A DNA stretch of 61,209 nucleotides from Acholeplasmataceae bacterium (GTDB lineage Bacteria > Bacillota_I > Bacilli_A > ML615J-28 > CAG-698). The DNA lies in the NCBI GenBank assembly GCA_012718985.1, contig JAAYBG010000005.1:1-61209 (forward strand), read 5' to 3'. A program made the position numbers and the translations under genes. Numbering within the stretch: the first letter of the stretch is position 1; the number at the start of each line of letters is the position of its first letter. The notes beneath the pieces were generated by a model that ran no database searches, was not told where the DNA came from, and saw nothing but the letters and a program-made list of their open reading frames with translations. Of this stretch, positions 1 through 10,651 are shown in pieces.

Positions 1-661
1 ATTCTTTAGAACATCCTGTATTTTCTCTGATATCTTCTAGTGTCGCCTCCGGATTATTCGCTACATAAGTAATCACTTCACCTCTTCTTTGACTTAATCC
101 GGTTAGATCATCGGCTAATTTCTTGTTAATGTAATATTTCTTTACTTGCTTGTTTTTCCCATAGGAATAATTATCATAAGAGATTTCAATATTCCCTTTT
201 TCAATTTCTTTTTTTATTTTGGGAAAAAACTTTAAGATTTCCTTATCTATCAACACTTTATTTTTCCCGGCAAAAAGCAGTGCTAACTCCGCATCTAAAT
301 CAGAAAAATTATTGATATTTAAATATCGACGATATTTGGCCTTCAAAAAGGAAGGATACATTAGGTTTAAAGCGCTTATCATCAGTGTTTTAGTATCTTC
401 ACTGATTTTTTTCGCTAATTCTACCTGCTCTAGTGTTAATTCTTTGGTATAATCCAAAACATCAAGAATATCCTTGATTTGCCCAGAATAATCCGTTTCT
501 TCTTCGATTGCGATGACATATCCCAAGATTTCTCTTACACCAAAATTAACCAATACTCTACTTCCGATGTTAATATAATCTTGATACTCTTCAGGAATGC
601 GATAAGTATAAGTTATATCAACATTGGATGATTTTACATCAACTACAACTTTTGCAAACAT
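1..661 (-). CDS. priA: primosomal replication protein N' (PriA), N-terminal ~220 codons; gene continues past the left edge
   Basis: Absent from the ORF track because it is open at the window edge. My translation from ATG 661 gives MFAKVVVDVKSSNVDITYTYRIPEEYQDYINIGSRVLVNFGVREILGYVIAIEE, a typical PriA N-terminus. AGGAGGTG lies upstream. It follows rpoZ as in Bacillus. Confidence 0.75.
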   Translation of the reverse strand, partial: MFAKVVVDVKSSNVDITYTYRIPEEYQDYINIGSRVLVNFGVREILGYVIAIEEETDYSGQIKDILDVLDYTKELTLEQVELAKKISEDTKTLMISALNLMYPSFLKAKYRRYLNINNFSDLDAELALLFAGKNKVLIDKEILKFFPKIKKEIEKGNIEISYDNYSYGKNKQVKKYYINKKLADDLTGLSQRRGEVITYVANNPEATLEDIRENTGCSKE

Positions 662-750
662 GAATATCACACCTCCTATTATATAGTAGTATCAAAAGAA
701 AACATTTATTTATATTTTTATATTATCATATTTTCATAACAAAATAAAGT

Positions 751-775
751 AAAAAAAATTCCTGATACAGGAATT
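751..775 (-). terminator. rho-independent terminator after rpoZ
   Basis: The minus strand reads TAA-TTCCTG-tat-CAGGAA followed by T8. The hairpin starts at the rpoZ stop codon. Confidence 0.7.
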
Positions 776-1010
776 ATTTTTCTTCTTCAGTTTCAACAGC
801 ATTGATGATTTCTACTTTTCCCTCGATAATCTCTTCTAAAGCAATCCCAATACTTCTTTTATTATGTGGATTTGTTATTAAAATATCTTCTCCATGTTCA
901 ATTTCTCGTGCTCTTTTCGCAACACCAACAACAAGTTTGTACTTTGACTTTGTTACTTCAATTAATTGGTCAATAGATGGATAACGCATGCCATCATAAG
1001 AATTAATCAT
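774..1010 (-). CDS. rpoZ: DNA-directed RNA polymerase omega subunit
   Basis: MRYPSIDQLIEVTKSKYKLVVGVAKRAREI matches the omega core. GGAGGTG lies 7 nt before ATG 1010. It overlaps the gmk stop, forming a gmk-rpoZ pair. Confidence 0.85.
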   Translation of the reverse strand: MINSYDGMRYPSIDQLIEVTKSKYKLVVGVAKRAREIEHGEDILITNPHNKRSIGIALEEIIEGKVEIINAVETEEEK

Positions 1011-1632
1011 TATTTTTCACCTCCAATAATGAATTGTATTTATGAATTGTTCGTTCTGTCTTTGCGTGTTCTGCTCTAATGATTGCCATTATTTTATCAG
1101 CGGCATTTTTCACTTCATCGTTGACAACGATATAATCATATTGATAAGCCAAATCTAATTCTTTTTTGGCTTTTTCAATACGTTCTTTTATATGTTCCGA
1201 GTCTTCTGTTCCTCGCGATTTTAACCGTTTTTCTAGTGCTTCATATGAAGGTGGAGCTATAAAAATGAACACAGCATCGCTCATTTTCTCTCTCACTTGC
1301 ATTGCGCCGTTTACTTCAATTTCAAGAACGACTTCCTTACCTGATTTCAATTGTTCTTCTACCGTGTCTAAAGGGGTTCCATAATAGTTCCCGACAAACT
1401 CAGCATATTCAAGCATTTTATTATCTTTTATTCTTTGTTCGAATTCTTCTTTACTAATGAACCAATACTCACGACCATTAACTTCTTCGGCTCGTGGTTT
1501 CCTTGTTGTCAGGGAAACAGAATAAATAAGATCATGTCCTTCCATCTCAAATAAAGCACTTCTTATCGTTCCCTTTCCAACTCCGGATGGACCTGATATC
1601 ACTATCAATAAGCCTTTATCATTAAGTTTCAT
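1003..1632 (-). CDS. gmk: guanylate kinase
   Basis: P-loop ISGPSGVGKGT and the overall Gmk pattern (TTRKPRAEEVNGREYWF). The ORF track starts at 1644, but GAGGT sits 5 nt before the second ATG at 1632. Confidence 0.9.
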   Translation of the reverse strand: MKLNDKGLLIVISGPSGVGKGTIRSALFEMEGHDLIYSVSLTTRKPRAEEVNGREYWFISKEEFEQRIKDNKMLEYAEFVGNYYGTPLDTVEEQLKSGKEVVLEIEVNGAMQVREKMSDAVFIFIAPPSYEALEKRLKSRGTEDSEHIKERIEKAKKELDLAYQYDYIVVNDEVKNAADKIMAIIRAEHAKTERTIHKYNSLLEVKNND

Positions 1633-1788
1633 AAAATACCTCATTTATTTTACACATATTATACAATAATTTTCATGAAAAGGAAAGACATTTTTTCAAA
1701 AGAAACCAGGTTCACCAATAAACACGTTTTCAATTTGGTTTGTTTTTACTCTTAACTTATGATAAAATAAAAAAAAGAGGTGAGCAAA

Positions 1789-3372
1789 ATGAATATTGAT
1801 GGCGTCTTCTTACATCATCTGCTTCATGAATTAAAACCTAATCTTGAAGGTTACCGGATTAATAAAGTGTTATCGATCAACGAAACAGATTTTGTATTTT
1901 CCTTATCAAACCGAAAAAACCTTTTGATTAGCGCAAACAACAATTCTCCCCATTTAAGAATTACCAAAAATGAATATATTGCCTCTAAAAAAACAAGCCT
2001 TTTTTATAATCAACTGAAAAGCAAATGCGAAAATGGCATCATTCATTCTCTAGAACAAATTGAAAATGACCGCTTAGTGGTTTTTGAAATCATCCATTTT
2101 GATGATTTAGGTTACCAAGAGAAAAATAAATTGTATTTTGAAATTTATGGTCGAAATGCTAATTTGATTCTTACCAACGCCGAAGAAATCATCATTGAAG
2201 CGCAGAAAAGAAAACTTCCCAACGAAGAAGAAAAACGAATCGTCGTTCCTAAAATAAAATATCAACATCTATCTTTAGGTAAACTAAATCCTTTTACTCA
2301 AAAAGGGTCTTTAAAACAGAATAATTTTGAAGGAGTAAGTAATCTAACCTTTACTGAAATGGTTTATCAGGATAATCAAGATATTATCAACCAGCCCACT
2401 CAACCAACTATTATGGAAACTAGTCAAAAATCCTATTTTTATTGCTTTCCACTTGAACATTTACAAGCTCAAAAAACATTTTTCCCCACTCTATCGGAAA
2501 TGTTGGAATTTTTCTATCTAAATTTAAAGAATCTAAATAATTTAAATAGTGAACAAACCTATTTGGAAAACTACCTGAAAAAAGAAATCAGTAAAAACAA
2601 AACAAAATTAGCAAAACAAGAAAAAGATTATCAAGAAGCGATTCAAAATTTAGAATATGAAAAAACAGGCAATCTTCTTTCTGCCTATCTTCATCAAGTA
2701 AAAAAGGGAGATATGGAGATAACTGTTGATGATTTCTACTTAAATGGTTTACCTTACACCATAAAACTCGATCCATTATTATCACCAACAAAAAATCTAG
2801 AAAATATATTCAGTAAATTCAAAAAGGCAAAACGAACGATTATCCACTTGAAAGAACAAATGGAAAGAACAAAGCAAGATATTGAATACTATATTTGTTT
2901 GCTAGAACAATTAAATCTTGCGAAAGCAAATGATTTAAGGGAGATTTATCAAGAGTTAAATCTTAAAAAAACAGTGAATAACACTAAAAAAGATTCAAAA
3001 CCTAATCTTACTACCTATCAAGATGATGATGGCAACCAAATTCTAGTCGGTAAAAACAATATCCAAAATAACTATTTAACTCATAAATTAGCGAAGAAAA
3101 CGGATTATTTTTTCCATGTTCAAGGAAGTCCCGGAAGTCATACCATCTTGAGGAACAACAATCCTAGTTTGAAAACCATTCATTTAGCGGCAAAAATAGC
3201 GGCTTTCTATTCTAAAAGCAGATACTCAAGCAATGTTGCTGTTGATTATACTTTTGTTAAAAATGTAAAGAAAGTTCCTAATGAAAAAGGCTCATTTGTC
3301 CTTTATACAAACTATAAAACTGTTTTTGTAACACCTGATGGTGAAGAGTTAAAATCCTATTTAAAAAATTAG
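1789..3372 (+). CDS. rqcH: ribosome quality control factor RqcH / NFACT family (fibronectin-binding protein A-like, YloA)
   Basis: NFACT-N start MNIDGVFLHHLLHEL, a central coiled coil, and C-terminal NFACT-R/DUF814 (YFFHVQGSPGSHTIL). ATG 1789 is preceded by AGAGGTG. The GTG at 1780 in the track lies inside that SD. Confidence 0.8.
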   Translation: MNIDGVFLHHLLHELKPNLEGYRINKVLSINETDFVFSLSNRKNLLISANNNSPHLRITKNEYIASKKTSLFYNQLKSKCENGIIHSLEQIENDRLVVFEIIHFDDLGYQEKNKLYFEIYGRNANLILTNAEEIIIEAQKRKLPNEEEKRIVVPKIKYQHLSLGKLNPFTQKGSLKQNNFEGVSNLTFTEMVYQDNQDIINQPTQPTIMETSQKSYFYCFPLEHLQAQKTFFPTLSEMLEFFYLNLKNLNNLNSEQTYLENYLKKEISKNKTKLAKQEKDYQEAIQNLEYEKTGNLLSAYLHQVKKGDMEITVDDFYLNGLPYTIKLDPLLSPTKNLENIFSKFKKAKRTIIHLKEQMERTKQDIEYYICLLEQLNLAKANDLREIYQELNLKKTVNNTKKDSKPNLTTYQDDDGNQILVGKNNIQNNYLTHKLAKKTDYFFHVQGSPGSHTILRNNNPSLKTIHLAAKIAAFYSKSRYSSNVAVDYTFVKNVKKVPNEKGSFVLYTNYKTVFVTPDGEELKSYLKN

Positions 3373-3383
3373 CAAAATAAAAG

Positions 3384-3413
3384 AGCATGTTAATTTAAAC
3401 TAACATGCTTTTT
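3384..3413 (+). terminator. terminator after rqcH, overlapping the 3' end of convergent nth
   Basis: AGCATGTTA-atttaaac-TAACATGCT (9-bp stem) followed by TTTTTA. Confidence 0.65.
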
Positions 3414-4019
3414 ATATTGGCATATCGAAATCAAAGGGCAGTGCTCACATTGTGGATTTCTTGCTTTACAAAAATAGCGACCAAAAAATAGTAATTTTAA
3501 GTGAACCTGATGCCATAATTCTTGAGGATATAGCTCCATCAATTTTTGTTCAACAACCACTGGATCACTACTATCAACAAATCCCAAGCGATTGGATACG
3601 CGTAAAACATGAGTATCTACTGCGATTTTAGGGACATGAAAGCCCTCTGCCAGAAAAACATTGGCAGTTTTACGACCTACTCCAGGAAGAGTAATTAAAT
3701 AATCATAGTCATTAGGGATTTCTTGATGACCATCAGCCATCAGTTTTTTCGCCAAAGCGATGATATTTTTAGCTTTTGTATTGGCAAGACCTATTATTTT
3801 AATAATCTCCTTGACACTGTCTTCATCAGCTTCTGCTAGATCGCTGATTTTTGGATACTTAGAAAACAACACTTTTGTTACCTTATTCACGAGAATATCA
3901 GTTGTTTGAGCAGACAATACAACAGAAATTAATAGTTGAAATTTCGTTTGATAATTTAATTCACAGCGAGCATTTGGATACATGGAAGTAAGGATTTCTA
4001 AAACATCATTGGCGTCCAC
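3390..4019 (-). CDS. nth: endonuclease III (DNA-(apurinic/apyrimidinic site) lyase)
   Basis: HhH-GPD motif LPGVGRKTANVFL and the 4Fe-4S ligand pattern C-X6-C-X2-C-X5-C (CKARNPQCEHCPLISIC). Confidence 0.9.
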   Translation of the reverse strand: MDANDVLEILTSMYPNARCELNYQTKFQLLISVVLSAQTTDILVNKVTKVLFSKYPKISDLAEADEDSVKEIIKIIGLANTKAKNIIALAKKLMADGHQEIPNDYDYLITLPGVGRKTANVFLAEGFHVPKIAVDTHVLRVSNRLGFVDSSDPVVVEQKLMELYPQELWHQVHLKLLFFGRYFCKARNPQCEHCPLISICQYKKHVSLN

Positions 4020-4635
4020 TATAAACCTTACTAAACATATCTTGGATATTTTCTTTTACTTCGACTGTGCTTTCTGTTTTGTTGTGTTGTTTATATAAAT
4101 AACGATCCATAAAGTTCATTCCGCGATTTTTCACTTTCAAAGTTTCCAATAGTGCTTCACACACTTCTTCATATTGGTAATGGTAATCAATATACCATTT
4201 ATTAACCATTTGGATTTCCAACGGGGTCAAGATTTTTTTCAATTCTCTTTCCAAATCATTAATCGTCGTCTTTATCCATCGCTTTTGCTCTTCTTTATCT
4301 ATTTTTTCATCTTCACCATCAATGATAAAACTAAGTTTTCGATAAAGTTCATCTAAACCATAGATTTCTTTCCCTGTTTCCTTCGAAAGTTCCATTGTAA
4401 TAATTCCTTTGTTAATTAAGTCGATAACACGATTACTACATTCTTCTTCAGTAGCTGTCATAGTCGATATTAATTGGTCAAAAGATACTGATTTTTCTCC
4501 TTGAATCAAGTAGCTATTTAGTTTCATTAGAATAACAACATCAAGTTCATTCAACTGCAATTGATGATATTTTTCCAACAAAATGCGATTAAAATCCAAA
4601 AAATTGTTCTTTAATAAATCATAGTATCGATTCAT
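4006..4635 (-). CDS. dnaD: DnaD-domain replication initiation / membrane attachment protein (DnaD-like)
   Basis: The C-terminal DnaD/DnaB_2-type segment (LTPLEIQMVNKWYIDYHYQYEEVCEALLETL) lies directly upstream of and overlapping nth, the dnaD-nth arrangement I recall from B. subtilis. The N-terminal half looks like a winged helix. Confidence 0.6.
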   Translation of the reverse strand: MNRYYDLLKNNFLDFNRILLEKYHQLQLNELDVVILMKLNSYLIQGEKSVSFDQLISTMTATEEECSNRVIDLINKGIITMELSKETGKEIYGLDELYRKLSFIIDGEDEKIDKEEQKRWIKTTINDLERELKKILTPLEIQMVNKWYIDYHYQYEEVCEALLETLKVKNRGMNFMDRYLYKQHNKTESTVEVKENIQDMFSKVYSGRQ

Positions 4636-4697
4636 GGGCTACTCCTATTTTTTTATATATTGTAAGTTTTTTTGATTAAAATTGCAATACGTTCTTT

Positions 4698-5408
4698 TTA
4701 CCTTGCCATCTTACTTAAGGCATCTTTTGCCGCTGCTTGTTCGGCTTTATTTTTACTTTTTCCTAATCCACTTCCTAAAACAACACCTTCATGCATCACT
4801 TGAACAAGATAGGTTTTGTCATGACTAGGTCCTTCCTCTTGATAATTATAAATCAAAGATTCTCTACTTTCAGCTTGAATATATTCTTGCAATTCGCTCT
4901 TATAATCCACAAAAAATCCTTGATCAATCGCTTCAAAACGGGAAAATATTACTTGATTAAGAATCTTTCTCACTTTTCCAATTCCTAAGTCGAGATAAAC
5001 AGCACCTAAAAAGGCTTCAAATAAATCCGCTAAAACGGTTGGTTTTGTATTACCGCCTTGGGCGGCTTCTCCTTTTCCCAGCAATAATCCTTCATTTAGT
5101 TTTAAAAGCTTGGAATACTCAGCATTCGCTTCCGTACAAACAAATTTTGCTCTCGTTTTTGATAGTTCTCCTTCTGGCATATCCGGAAATTTATTATATA
5201 AATATTCACCAACGAGAAAATCAAGAATGGCATCACCTAAAAATTCCAAACGTTCGTTATAAGGACAATTATGTTCATTACCATAAGTTTTATGGGTAAA
5301 AGCCATTCGATATAATTCCAAATTCTTATATTTTAAATGCAAGCGTTTGGCAATACGCGAAAATTTAGTTTCAAAATCATCTTTAACTATCACTGGTATC
5401 ATCTCCAA
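4698..5408 (-). CDS. rnc: ribonuclease III
   Basis: Signature ERLEFLGDAILDF and a C-terminal dsRNA-binding domain (KNKAEQAAAKDALSKM). The start could instead be ATG 5402. Confidence 0.92.
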   Translation of the reverse strand: MEMIPVIVKDDFETKFSRIAKRLHLKYKNLELYRMAFTHKTYGNEHNCPYNERLEFLGDAILDFLVGEYLYNKFPDMPEGELSKTRAKFVCTEANAEYSKLLKLNEGLLLGKGEAAQGGNTKPTVLADLFEAFLGAVYLDLGIGKVRKILNQVIFSRFEAIDQGFFVDYKSELQEYIQAESRESLIYNYQEEGPSHDKTYLVQVMHEGVVLGSGLGKSKNKAEQAAAKDALSKMAR

Positions 5409-6387
5409 TAATAGCTTTCATCTTCTCAATTACATTTCCTTGAACGGTCAATCTCGCTTGATTAATCGCTTTAGAGAAAGCATAATCACTGCTTGCTCCA
5501 TGCGCTTTCACAACAACACCATCAACACCAAATAAATTTGAACCTCCAATTTCATCTGGATTCATCGCTTTTTTAAAATTCTTAAAAACTTTTCTCATGA
5601 AAAGATAACCGATTTTTGCACTGAAACTTTTCTTAATTTCATCTTTTAAATATTTACCGATCATTTTCGCAACACCTTCACTAGTTTTCATCACCATATT
5701 ACCAGTGAATCCATCAGTAATTAAAATATCACAATCGGTAAAAAACAATTCTTTTGGTTCAACATTACCAAAGAAATGAATATTTTGATTTTGTGATAAC
5801 AATTGGAAGGTTTCTTTATCAACTTCACGACCTTTTCCTGGTTCACTACCAATATTTAATAATCCCACCAGTGGTTTCTTGATTTGAGCTGTTTCTTGCA
5901 AATAAATTGTCGCATATTCTGCTAATTGTACAATGTGTTCACTTCTTAGTTCAACATTCGCTCCCACATCGAGTAGTAGGCGTGGCTTCCCGCCAATGTC
6001 CGGTAAAGTAGGGCATAGGGCAACCCGTTTCATTCCTTTAATTCTTCTAATCACAAGATGAGCAGCAGCAATTGTTCCTTGAGTTGGACCTGCTGTTACT
6101 GCCCCATCTACTTCTTTGTCCTTTACTGCCTGAAAAGCCATGACAAGGGAAGTATCGCGATTACGACGAATTTCACCAATCGGATCTTCCTCTCCCATAT
6201 CAATTTTCTTAGGAGCATGGACGATTCTCACACGCTCATTTACTTGCAAATATTTTTTTATTTCTTGTTCATCACCATATAAGACTAATTCAATATCGGG
6301 ATATGCGGCGATTGCTAAGTTAACCCCTTTTACAATGGCTTCTGGGGCAAAATCGCCACCCATGGCATCAATTGCTAATTTAATCAT
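5383..6387 (-). CDS. plsX: phosphate acyltransferase PlsX
   Basis: MIKLAIDAMGGDFAP N-terminus and PlsX-length protein. plsX-rnc are adjacent and overlapping. Confidence 0.9.
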   Translation of the reverse strand: MIKLAIDAMGGDFAPEAIVKGVNLAIAAYPDIELVLYGDEQEIKKYLQVNERVRIVHAPKKIDMGEEDPIGEIRRNRDTSLVMAFQAVKDKEVDGAVTAGPTQGTIAAAHLVIRRIKGMKRVALCPTLPDIGGKPRLLLDVGANVELRSEHIVQLAEYATIYLQETAQIKKPLVGLLNIGSEPGKGREVDKETFQLLSQNQNIHFFGNVEPKELFFTDCDILITDGFTGNMVMKTSEGVAKMIGKYLKDEIKKSFSAKIGYLFMRKVFKNFKKAMNPDEIGGSNLFGVDGVVVKAHGASSDYAFSKAINQARLTVQGNVIEKMKAIIGDDTSDS

Positions 6388-6396
6388 TAGTTCCTC

Positions 6397-8427
6397 CTAA
6401 TCAAGCATTTCTTTATTTTGTTGGTAATTATTATCTACTATTTTCTTAATTTCTTCATATTCAGGATTGGTGAATAGTTTTTGCTCATCGATAACTTGAT
6501 TGGCAAGTTCATTAACCGTTTCTAATATTTCCTTGTCTAATACCAAGTCTGCCATTTTAAACGGAATAGTACCCGATTGTTTTTCACCAAAGAAATCCCC
6601 TGGACCTCTAATAATTAAATCTTCTTCTGCCAGCATAAAGCCATCATTATTTTCCTCAACAAGTTTCAATCGTTCAATCGCGCTTTGCGCTTCAGTATTG
6701 CTAATCAAAAAGCAGTAAGCTTGTTCATCGCTACGACGAACACGACCCCGCATTTGGTGTAGTTGAGCAATTCCAAAGCGATCAGCATCAAGAACTACCA
6801 TAGTTGTGGCATTAATGACATTCACTCCTACTTCTATTACGCTTGTTGAAACCAAAATCTGAATTTTGTTTGCTGAAAAATCCGCCATTACTTGTTCTTT
6901 TTCATTGGTCTTCAAGCGACTATGAATCAATCCCACTTGGCAAATACCTTTAAAGTATTCTGTCATATTATTGTATATTTCTGTTGCGTTCTGTAAATCC
7001 ATAACCTCAGATTCTTGAATCATCGGCGCAACAACATAGATTTGATGACCAACTGCTAATTCTTGCTTCATATGTTGCAATACGATAGCACGATCTTCAT
7101 AGCGGATATAACGAGTTATTGCTTCTTTTTTATTTCCTGGTAAAGTTTTAATTAAGGAAATATCCGATTCACCCAAAACACTAATTGCCAATGTGCGTGG
7201 AATTGGTGTTGCACTCATTTTTAAATGGTCAATCAAATGACCTTTACCAACGATAGACACTCTTTGGCGAACACCAAATCGATGTTCTTCGTCGGTAACG
7301 ACTAAACCCAATGAATGAAATTCAACATCTTTTTGAAATAAAGCATGTGTTCCTATGATAATATCCACTTTTTTATCAGCTAAATCGGTAAGGATTGCTT
7401 TTTTATCTTTATTATTTACCGATGAAGATAACATCACAATATTAATCTCTTCATTTTTAAATAAATCTTTGAAAGTAAGATAGTGTTGATTGGCAAGGAC
7501 TTCGGTAGGAACCATAATTGCTCCTTGATAACCAGCTGTAATCACAGCAAATAAAGCAATAGCAGCTACCACTGTTTTACCACTACCAACTTCTCCTTGT
7601 AATAAACGATTCATTTTGTAAGGAGCTTGCATATCCGTAAAAATTTCATCAAGTGACTGCTTTTGATCAATAGTTAATTCATAAGGCAACGTTTTAATAA
7701 AATTGTCGACTCGTTTTTGATCAAAATGAATAGATACTCCTTGAGGAAAATGCTTTCTCATGTATAACATATATTTTATTTTCAATTGATATAAAAATAA
7801 TTCCTCAAACTTAATGCGTTTAATCGCCAATTGAACTTCTTCAATTTCATCGGGAATATTGATATATTTTATTGCTCTTTTTAAACCAATCAAATTATAT
7901 TTTGTTCTGATTTCTGCTGGTAAAACTTCTATTATCTCATCACAATAATCATCATAGACTTTTTCTTTTAATTCGAGCATCTTTTCATCAGTAATCCCTT
8001 TGATATTAAAGATAGGATTAACGGCGCTGCTAAATTCATTAAAATGAATTTCCGAAGCAGTAAAGTTGCGCATATTTTCATTAAATTTACCCGTTAAGCG
8101 AACATAAGTACCATAATTAATCTTCGATCTTAAGAAATGGCGATTAAAAATGGTTGCCCGTATCTTTCTTCCCTCCACATCAAGATAAAAATTCATGACT
8201 GAAAGTTTTGTCTTCACATTGGTAACGGTAGCTTTAGTTTGCACTACACCAGCAATCGTTACATTTGTTTCAGGGACAATATCCTTGAATGACTTAATCG
8301 TATAATCTTCAAACTTAGTTGGAAAACTAAACAGCAAATCCTCAACTGTGTTGATATTGCTCTTTTTAAGAAACAAAACTTGTTTGGGAGTTATGTATGA
8401 TACTTCGCTTAATAAAATTTCTTTCAT
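6397..8427 (-). CDS. recG: ATP-dependent DNA helicase RecG
   Basis: N-terminal wedge/OB region, helicase motif I GEVGSGKT and motif II DEEHRFG. The length is 676 aa. Confidence 0.92.
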   Translation of the reverse strand: MKEILLSEVSYITPKQVLFLKKSNINTVEDLLFSFPTKFEDYTIKSFKDIVPETNVTIAGVVQTKATVTNVKTKLSVMNFYLDVEGRKIRATIFNRHFLRSKINYGTYVRLTGKFNENMRNFTASEIHFNEFSSAVNPIFNIKGITDEKMLELKEKVYDDYCDEIIEVLPAEIRTKYNLIGLKRAIKYINIPDEIEEVQLAIKRIKFEELFLYQLKIKYMLYMRKHFPQGVSIHFDQKRVDNFIKTLPYELTIDQKQSLDEIFTDMQAPYKMNRLLQGEVGSGKTVVAAIALFAVITAGYQGAIMVPTEVLANQHYLTFKDLFKNEEINIVMLSSSVNNKDKKAILTDLADKKVDIIIGTHALFQKDVEFHSLGLVVTDEEHRFGVRQRVSIVGKGHLIDHLKMSATPIPRTLAISVLGESDISLIKTLPGNKKEAITRYIRYEDRAIVLQHMKQELAVGHQIYVVAPMIQESEVMDLQNATEIYNNMTEYFKGICQVGLIHSRLKTNEKEQVMADFSANKIQILVSTSVIEVGVNVINATTMVVLDADRFGIAQLHQMRGRVRRSDEQAYCFLISNTEAQSAIERLKLVEENNDGFMLAEEDLIIRGPGDFFGEKQSGTIPFKMADLVLDKEILETVNELANQVIDEQKLFTNPEYEEIKKIVDNNYQQNKEMLD

Positions 8428-8471
8428 AATTTCACCATGTCCTAAACAAGAAAAAGGGCTGAAAGCCCATT

Positions 8472-10151
8472 CTACTCTATTGCTAGAATATAACTATAGA
8501 CTTCTTGATTTCCTTCAATTACATCTACTTCAAGATTGCTATAATTCTTCTCAACATATCTTACTAATTCATTTACTTCTCTTTCGGAAACATCAGCTCC
8601 ATAAATAATGGTAATAATTTCTTTGTCATCATTTATGGCGTTTTTTAATAATTCCTTTGTTGCTTCACTACGTCTTTTATGGGAAGCCACAATCTTGCCA
8701 TTACAAATACCAATAAAATCATCTTTATGAATATCAATGCCTTCTAACACAGTATCTCTAATAGAATAGGTAACTAGAGCAGTGGTAACATTGGCAATGA
8801 CTTTTTCTAAATCTTGAATAATTTCTTCTGGCTCTCCACTCAAATCGATCATGGTCAAGGCAGAAAACCCCTGTGCCAATGTCTTTGTTTCAACAACATG
8901 GATATGGCTTTCCGTATAAATTTTTGCTGATTGATTGGCAGCAAGAATGATATTCTTATTATTGGGAAATACAAAAATGTTTTCAGCGTTTAACATATCA
9001 AAACCACGAATAAAATCTTCCGTAGAAGGGTTCATGCTTTGACCACCAGAAACAACATAATCTGCCCCTAAATCTTTAAAAGTTTGAATTAATCCCTCGC
9101 CAGTAGCAACAGCAACAATTGCATATTTCTTGCGAATATCTGGTTTAACGGCTTTAGGAAAATGCTCTTCTCCACATGGACATTCACCTTCAGCAACATG
9201 GGTAATTTCAGCGCTTTCGTTATGTTGAATAGTCATATTTTCAATCTTCAGATGAATAAATTCACCATAAGTTTGACCAATATTTAAAATATCTCCTGGT
9301 TTTAATGTATGAATATGAACTTTTACCAAATCTTCATCCTTAACAAGAGCAATTGAATCTCCTAAAGGATTGATTTGTTCATAAATTATTTGTTCATTAA
9401 AGTCTTCGGAATTAAATTCCTCGCTTAAACGTAAAATAAACTCAGTACAATAACCAAATTCAACTTCTTTAGCGGTCGCCTGCGGTAAATGGGTTACTGC
9501 ATGGGCTACTTCAAAGGTATCAGTACCGGCAAAATTCTCGTCTAAAGCTTCAGCCATACCCTCAACAATCGCAAGGTATCCAGCACCACCACTATCAACA
9601 ACGCCTGATTCTTTTAATACTGGCAAAATATCAGGGGTTCTCGCAAGCGAAGCTCTTGCTTCTGCAATATACTCGATGAAAAACTCATTAATTGTCATTC
9701 TTGAAGAAGAAATCGTCAACATTTTCTCACAAGCTTCACGAGCTACGGTCAGAATGGTTCCTTCTACCGGTTTCATTACCGCCTTGTATGCTTGTTTTAC
9801 TCCACTATCAAAAGCATGAGCCAAACGAATAGCATCGACTTGTTCAAAACCTTCGAATCCCTTATTCAATCCTCGAAATAACTGCGATAGGATTACTCCA
9901 GAATTTCCACGCGCTCCCATTAGCATACCGCGTGAAAGTTTCTTAGAAATTTCATATATGCTCGTATCGTGAGAGTTATAAATCTCGTTAACTCCACCTT
10001 CAATTGTCATTTTCATATTTGTTCCTGTATCACCATCAGGTACAGGAAATACATTAAGAGAATCTATTCTCTGATAATCTTTTTTTAATTTTTCGGCACC
10101 ATTTAAAACCAGAGTCTTAAATATAGCTCCGTCAAGTTTCATGATTTGCAT
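8472..10151 (-). CDS. yloV: DAK2-domain fusion protein YloV
   Basis: DAK2 phosphate-binding motif PDGDTGTNM near the N-terminus and a 559-aa two-domain architecture. Its position between rpmB and recG matches Bacillus. GGAGG lies 7 nt before ATG 10151. Confidence 0.8.
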   Translation of the reverse strand: MQIMKLDGAIFKTLVLNGAEKLKKDYQRIDSLNVFPVPDGDTGTNMKMTIEGGVNEIYNSHDTSIYEISKKLSRGMLMGARGNSGVILSQLFRGLNKGFEGFEQVDAIRLAHAFDSGVKQAYKAVMKPVEGTILTVAREACEKMLTISSSRMTINEFFIEYIAEARASLARTPDILPVLKESGVVDSGGAGYLAIVEGMAEALDENFAGTDTFEVAHAVTHLPQATAKEVEFGYCTEFILRLSEEFNSEDFNEQIIYEQINPLGDSIALVKDEDLVKVHIHTLKPGDILNIGQTYGEFIHLKIENMTIQHNESAEITHVAEGECPCGEEHFPKAVKPDIRKKYAIVAVATGEGLIQTFKDLGADYVVSGGQSMNPSTEDFIRGFDMLNAENIFVFPNNKNIILAANQSAKIYTESHIHVVETKTLAQGFSALTMIDLSGEPEEIIQDLEKVIANVTTALVTYSIRDTVLEGIDIHKDDFIGICNGKIVASHKRRSEATKELLKNAINDDKEIITIIYGADVSEREVNELVRYVEKNYSNLEVDVIEGNQEVYSYILAIE

Positions 10152-10214
10152 TAAAATGCCTCCATTTATATATTGTTTACTTATTAATCTATTTTAAAAA
10201 AAATACTTCTTAGA

Positions 10215-10243
10215 CATTATACCACAATTTGCACTCTTAATCA
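10215..10243 (-). promoter_or_regulatory. sigma-A type promoter for yloV-recG-plsX-rnc
   Basis: The minus strand reads TTGATT, a 17-nt spacer, then TATAAT with TGG immediately upstream (extended -10). Confidence 0.6.
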
Positions 10244-10355
10244 AGACAATTTGCCTTCCAAAGAATGCGTTTTTCTATTGAGATTGATGTGTTTTTTTAC
10301 TATTTTTTTACTATTTGATGAAATAATGGCGCTTATAAAATATTGTCAATTCTTC

Positions 10356-10384
10356 TTGATTTGCCATTAATAATATGGTATAAT
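10356..10384 (+). promoter_or_regulatory. sigma-A type promoter for rpmB
   Basis: TTGATT (10356-10361), a 17-nt spacer, TATAAT (10379-10384), with TGG directly upstream of the -10. Confidence 0.65.
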
Positions 10385-10426
10385 AGACAAGGTTAATAAA
10401 ATAGAATCGATTTTAGGAGGTGCAAT

Positions 10427-10618
10427 ATGGCTCGTAAATGTTATATAACTGGCTTAGGAACAGTTTCAGGTAATAACCGTTCTCATTCTCTTAGTGCAAC
10501 GAAAAGAAAATGGAAAGCTAACTTACAAAAAGTTAGAATTAAGGATGTAGATGGAAAAGTTAAACGTGTATATGTATCAACTCGTGCTTTAAAATCAGGT
10601 CTTGTTGAGCGTGCATAA
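10427..10618 (+). CDS. rpmB: 50S ribosomal protein L28
   Basis: MARKCYITG...[24 protein letters not shown] is the L28 signature. AGGAGGTG SD. Confidence 0.95.
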   Translation: MARKCYITGLGTVSGNNRSHSLSATKRKWKANLQKVRIKDVDGKVKRVYVSTRALKSGLVERA

Positions 10619-10621
10619 TAA

Positions 10622-10650
10622 TAAAAAAAAGGCGGTTAAGCCTTTTTTTT
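10622..10650. terminator. bidirectional terminator between convergent rpmB and thiN
   Basis: A8-GGC-ggttaa-GCC-T8. The A/T-flanked hairpin works on either strand. Confidence 0.7.
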
Positions 10651-10651
10651 A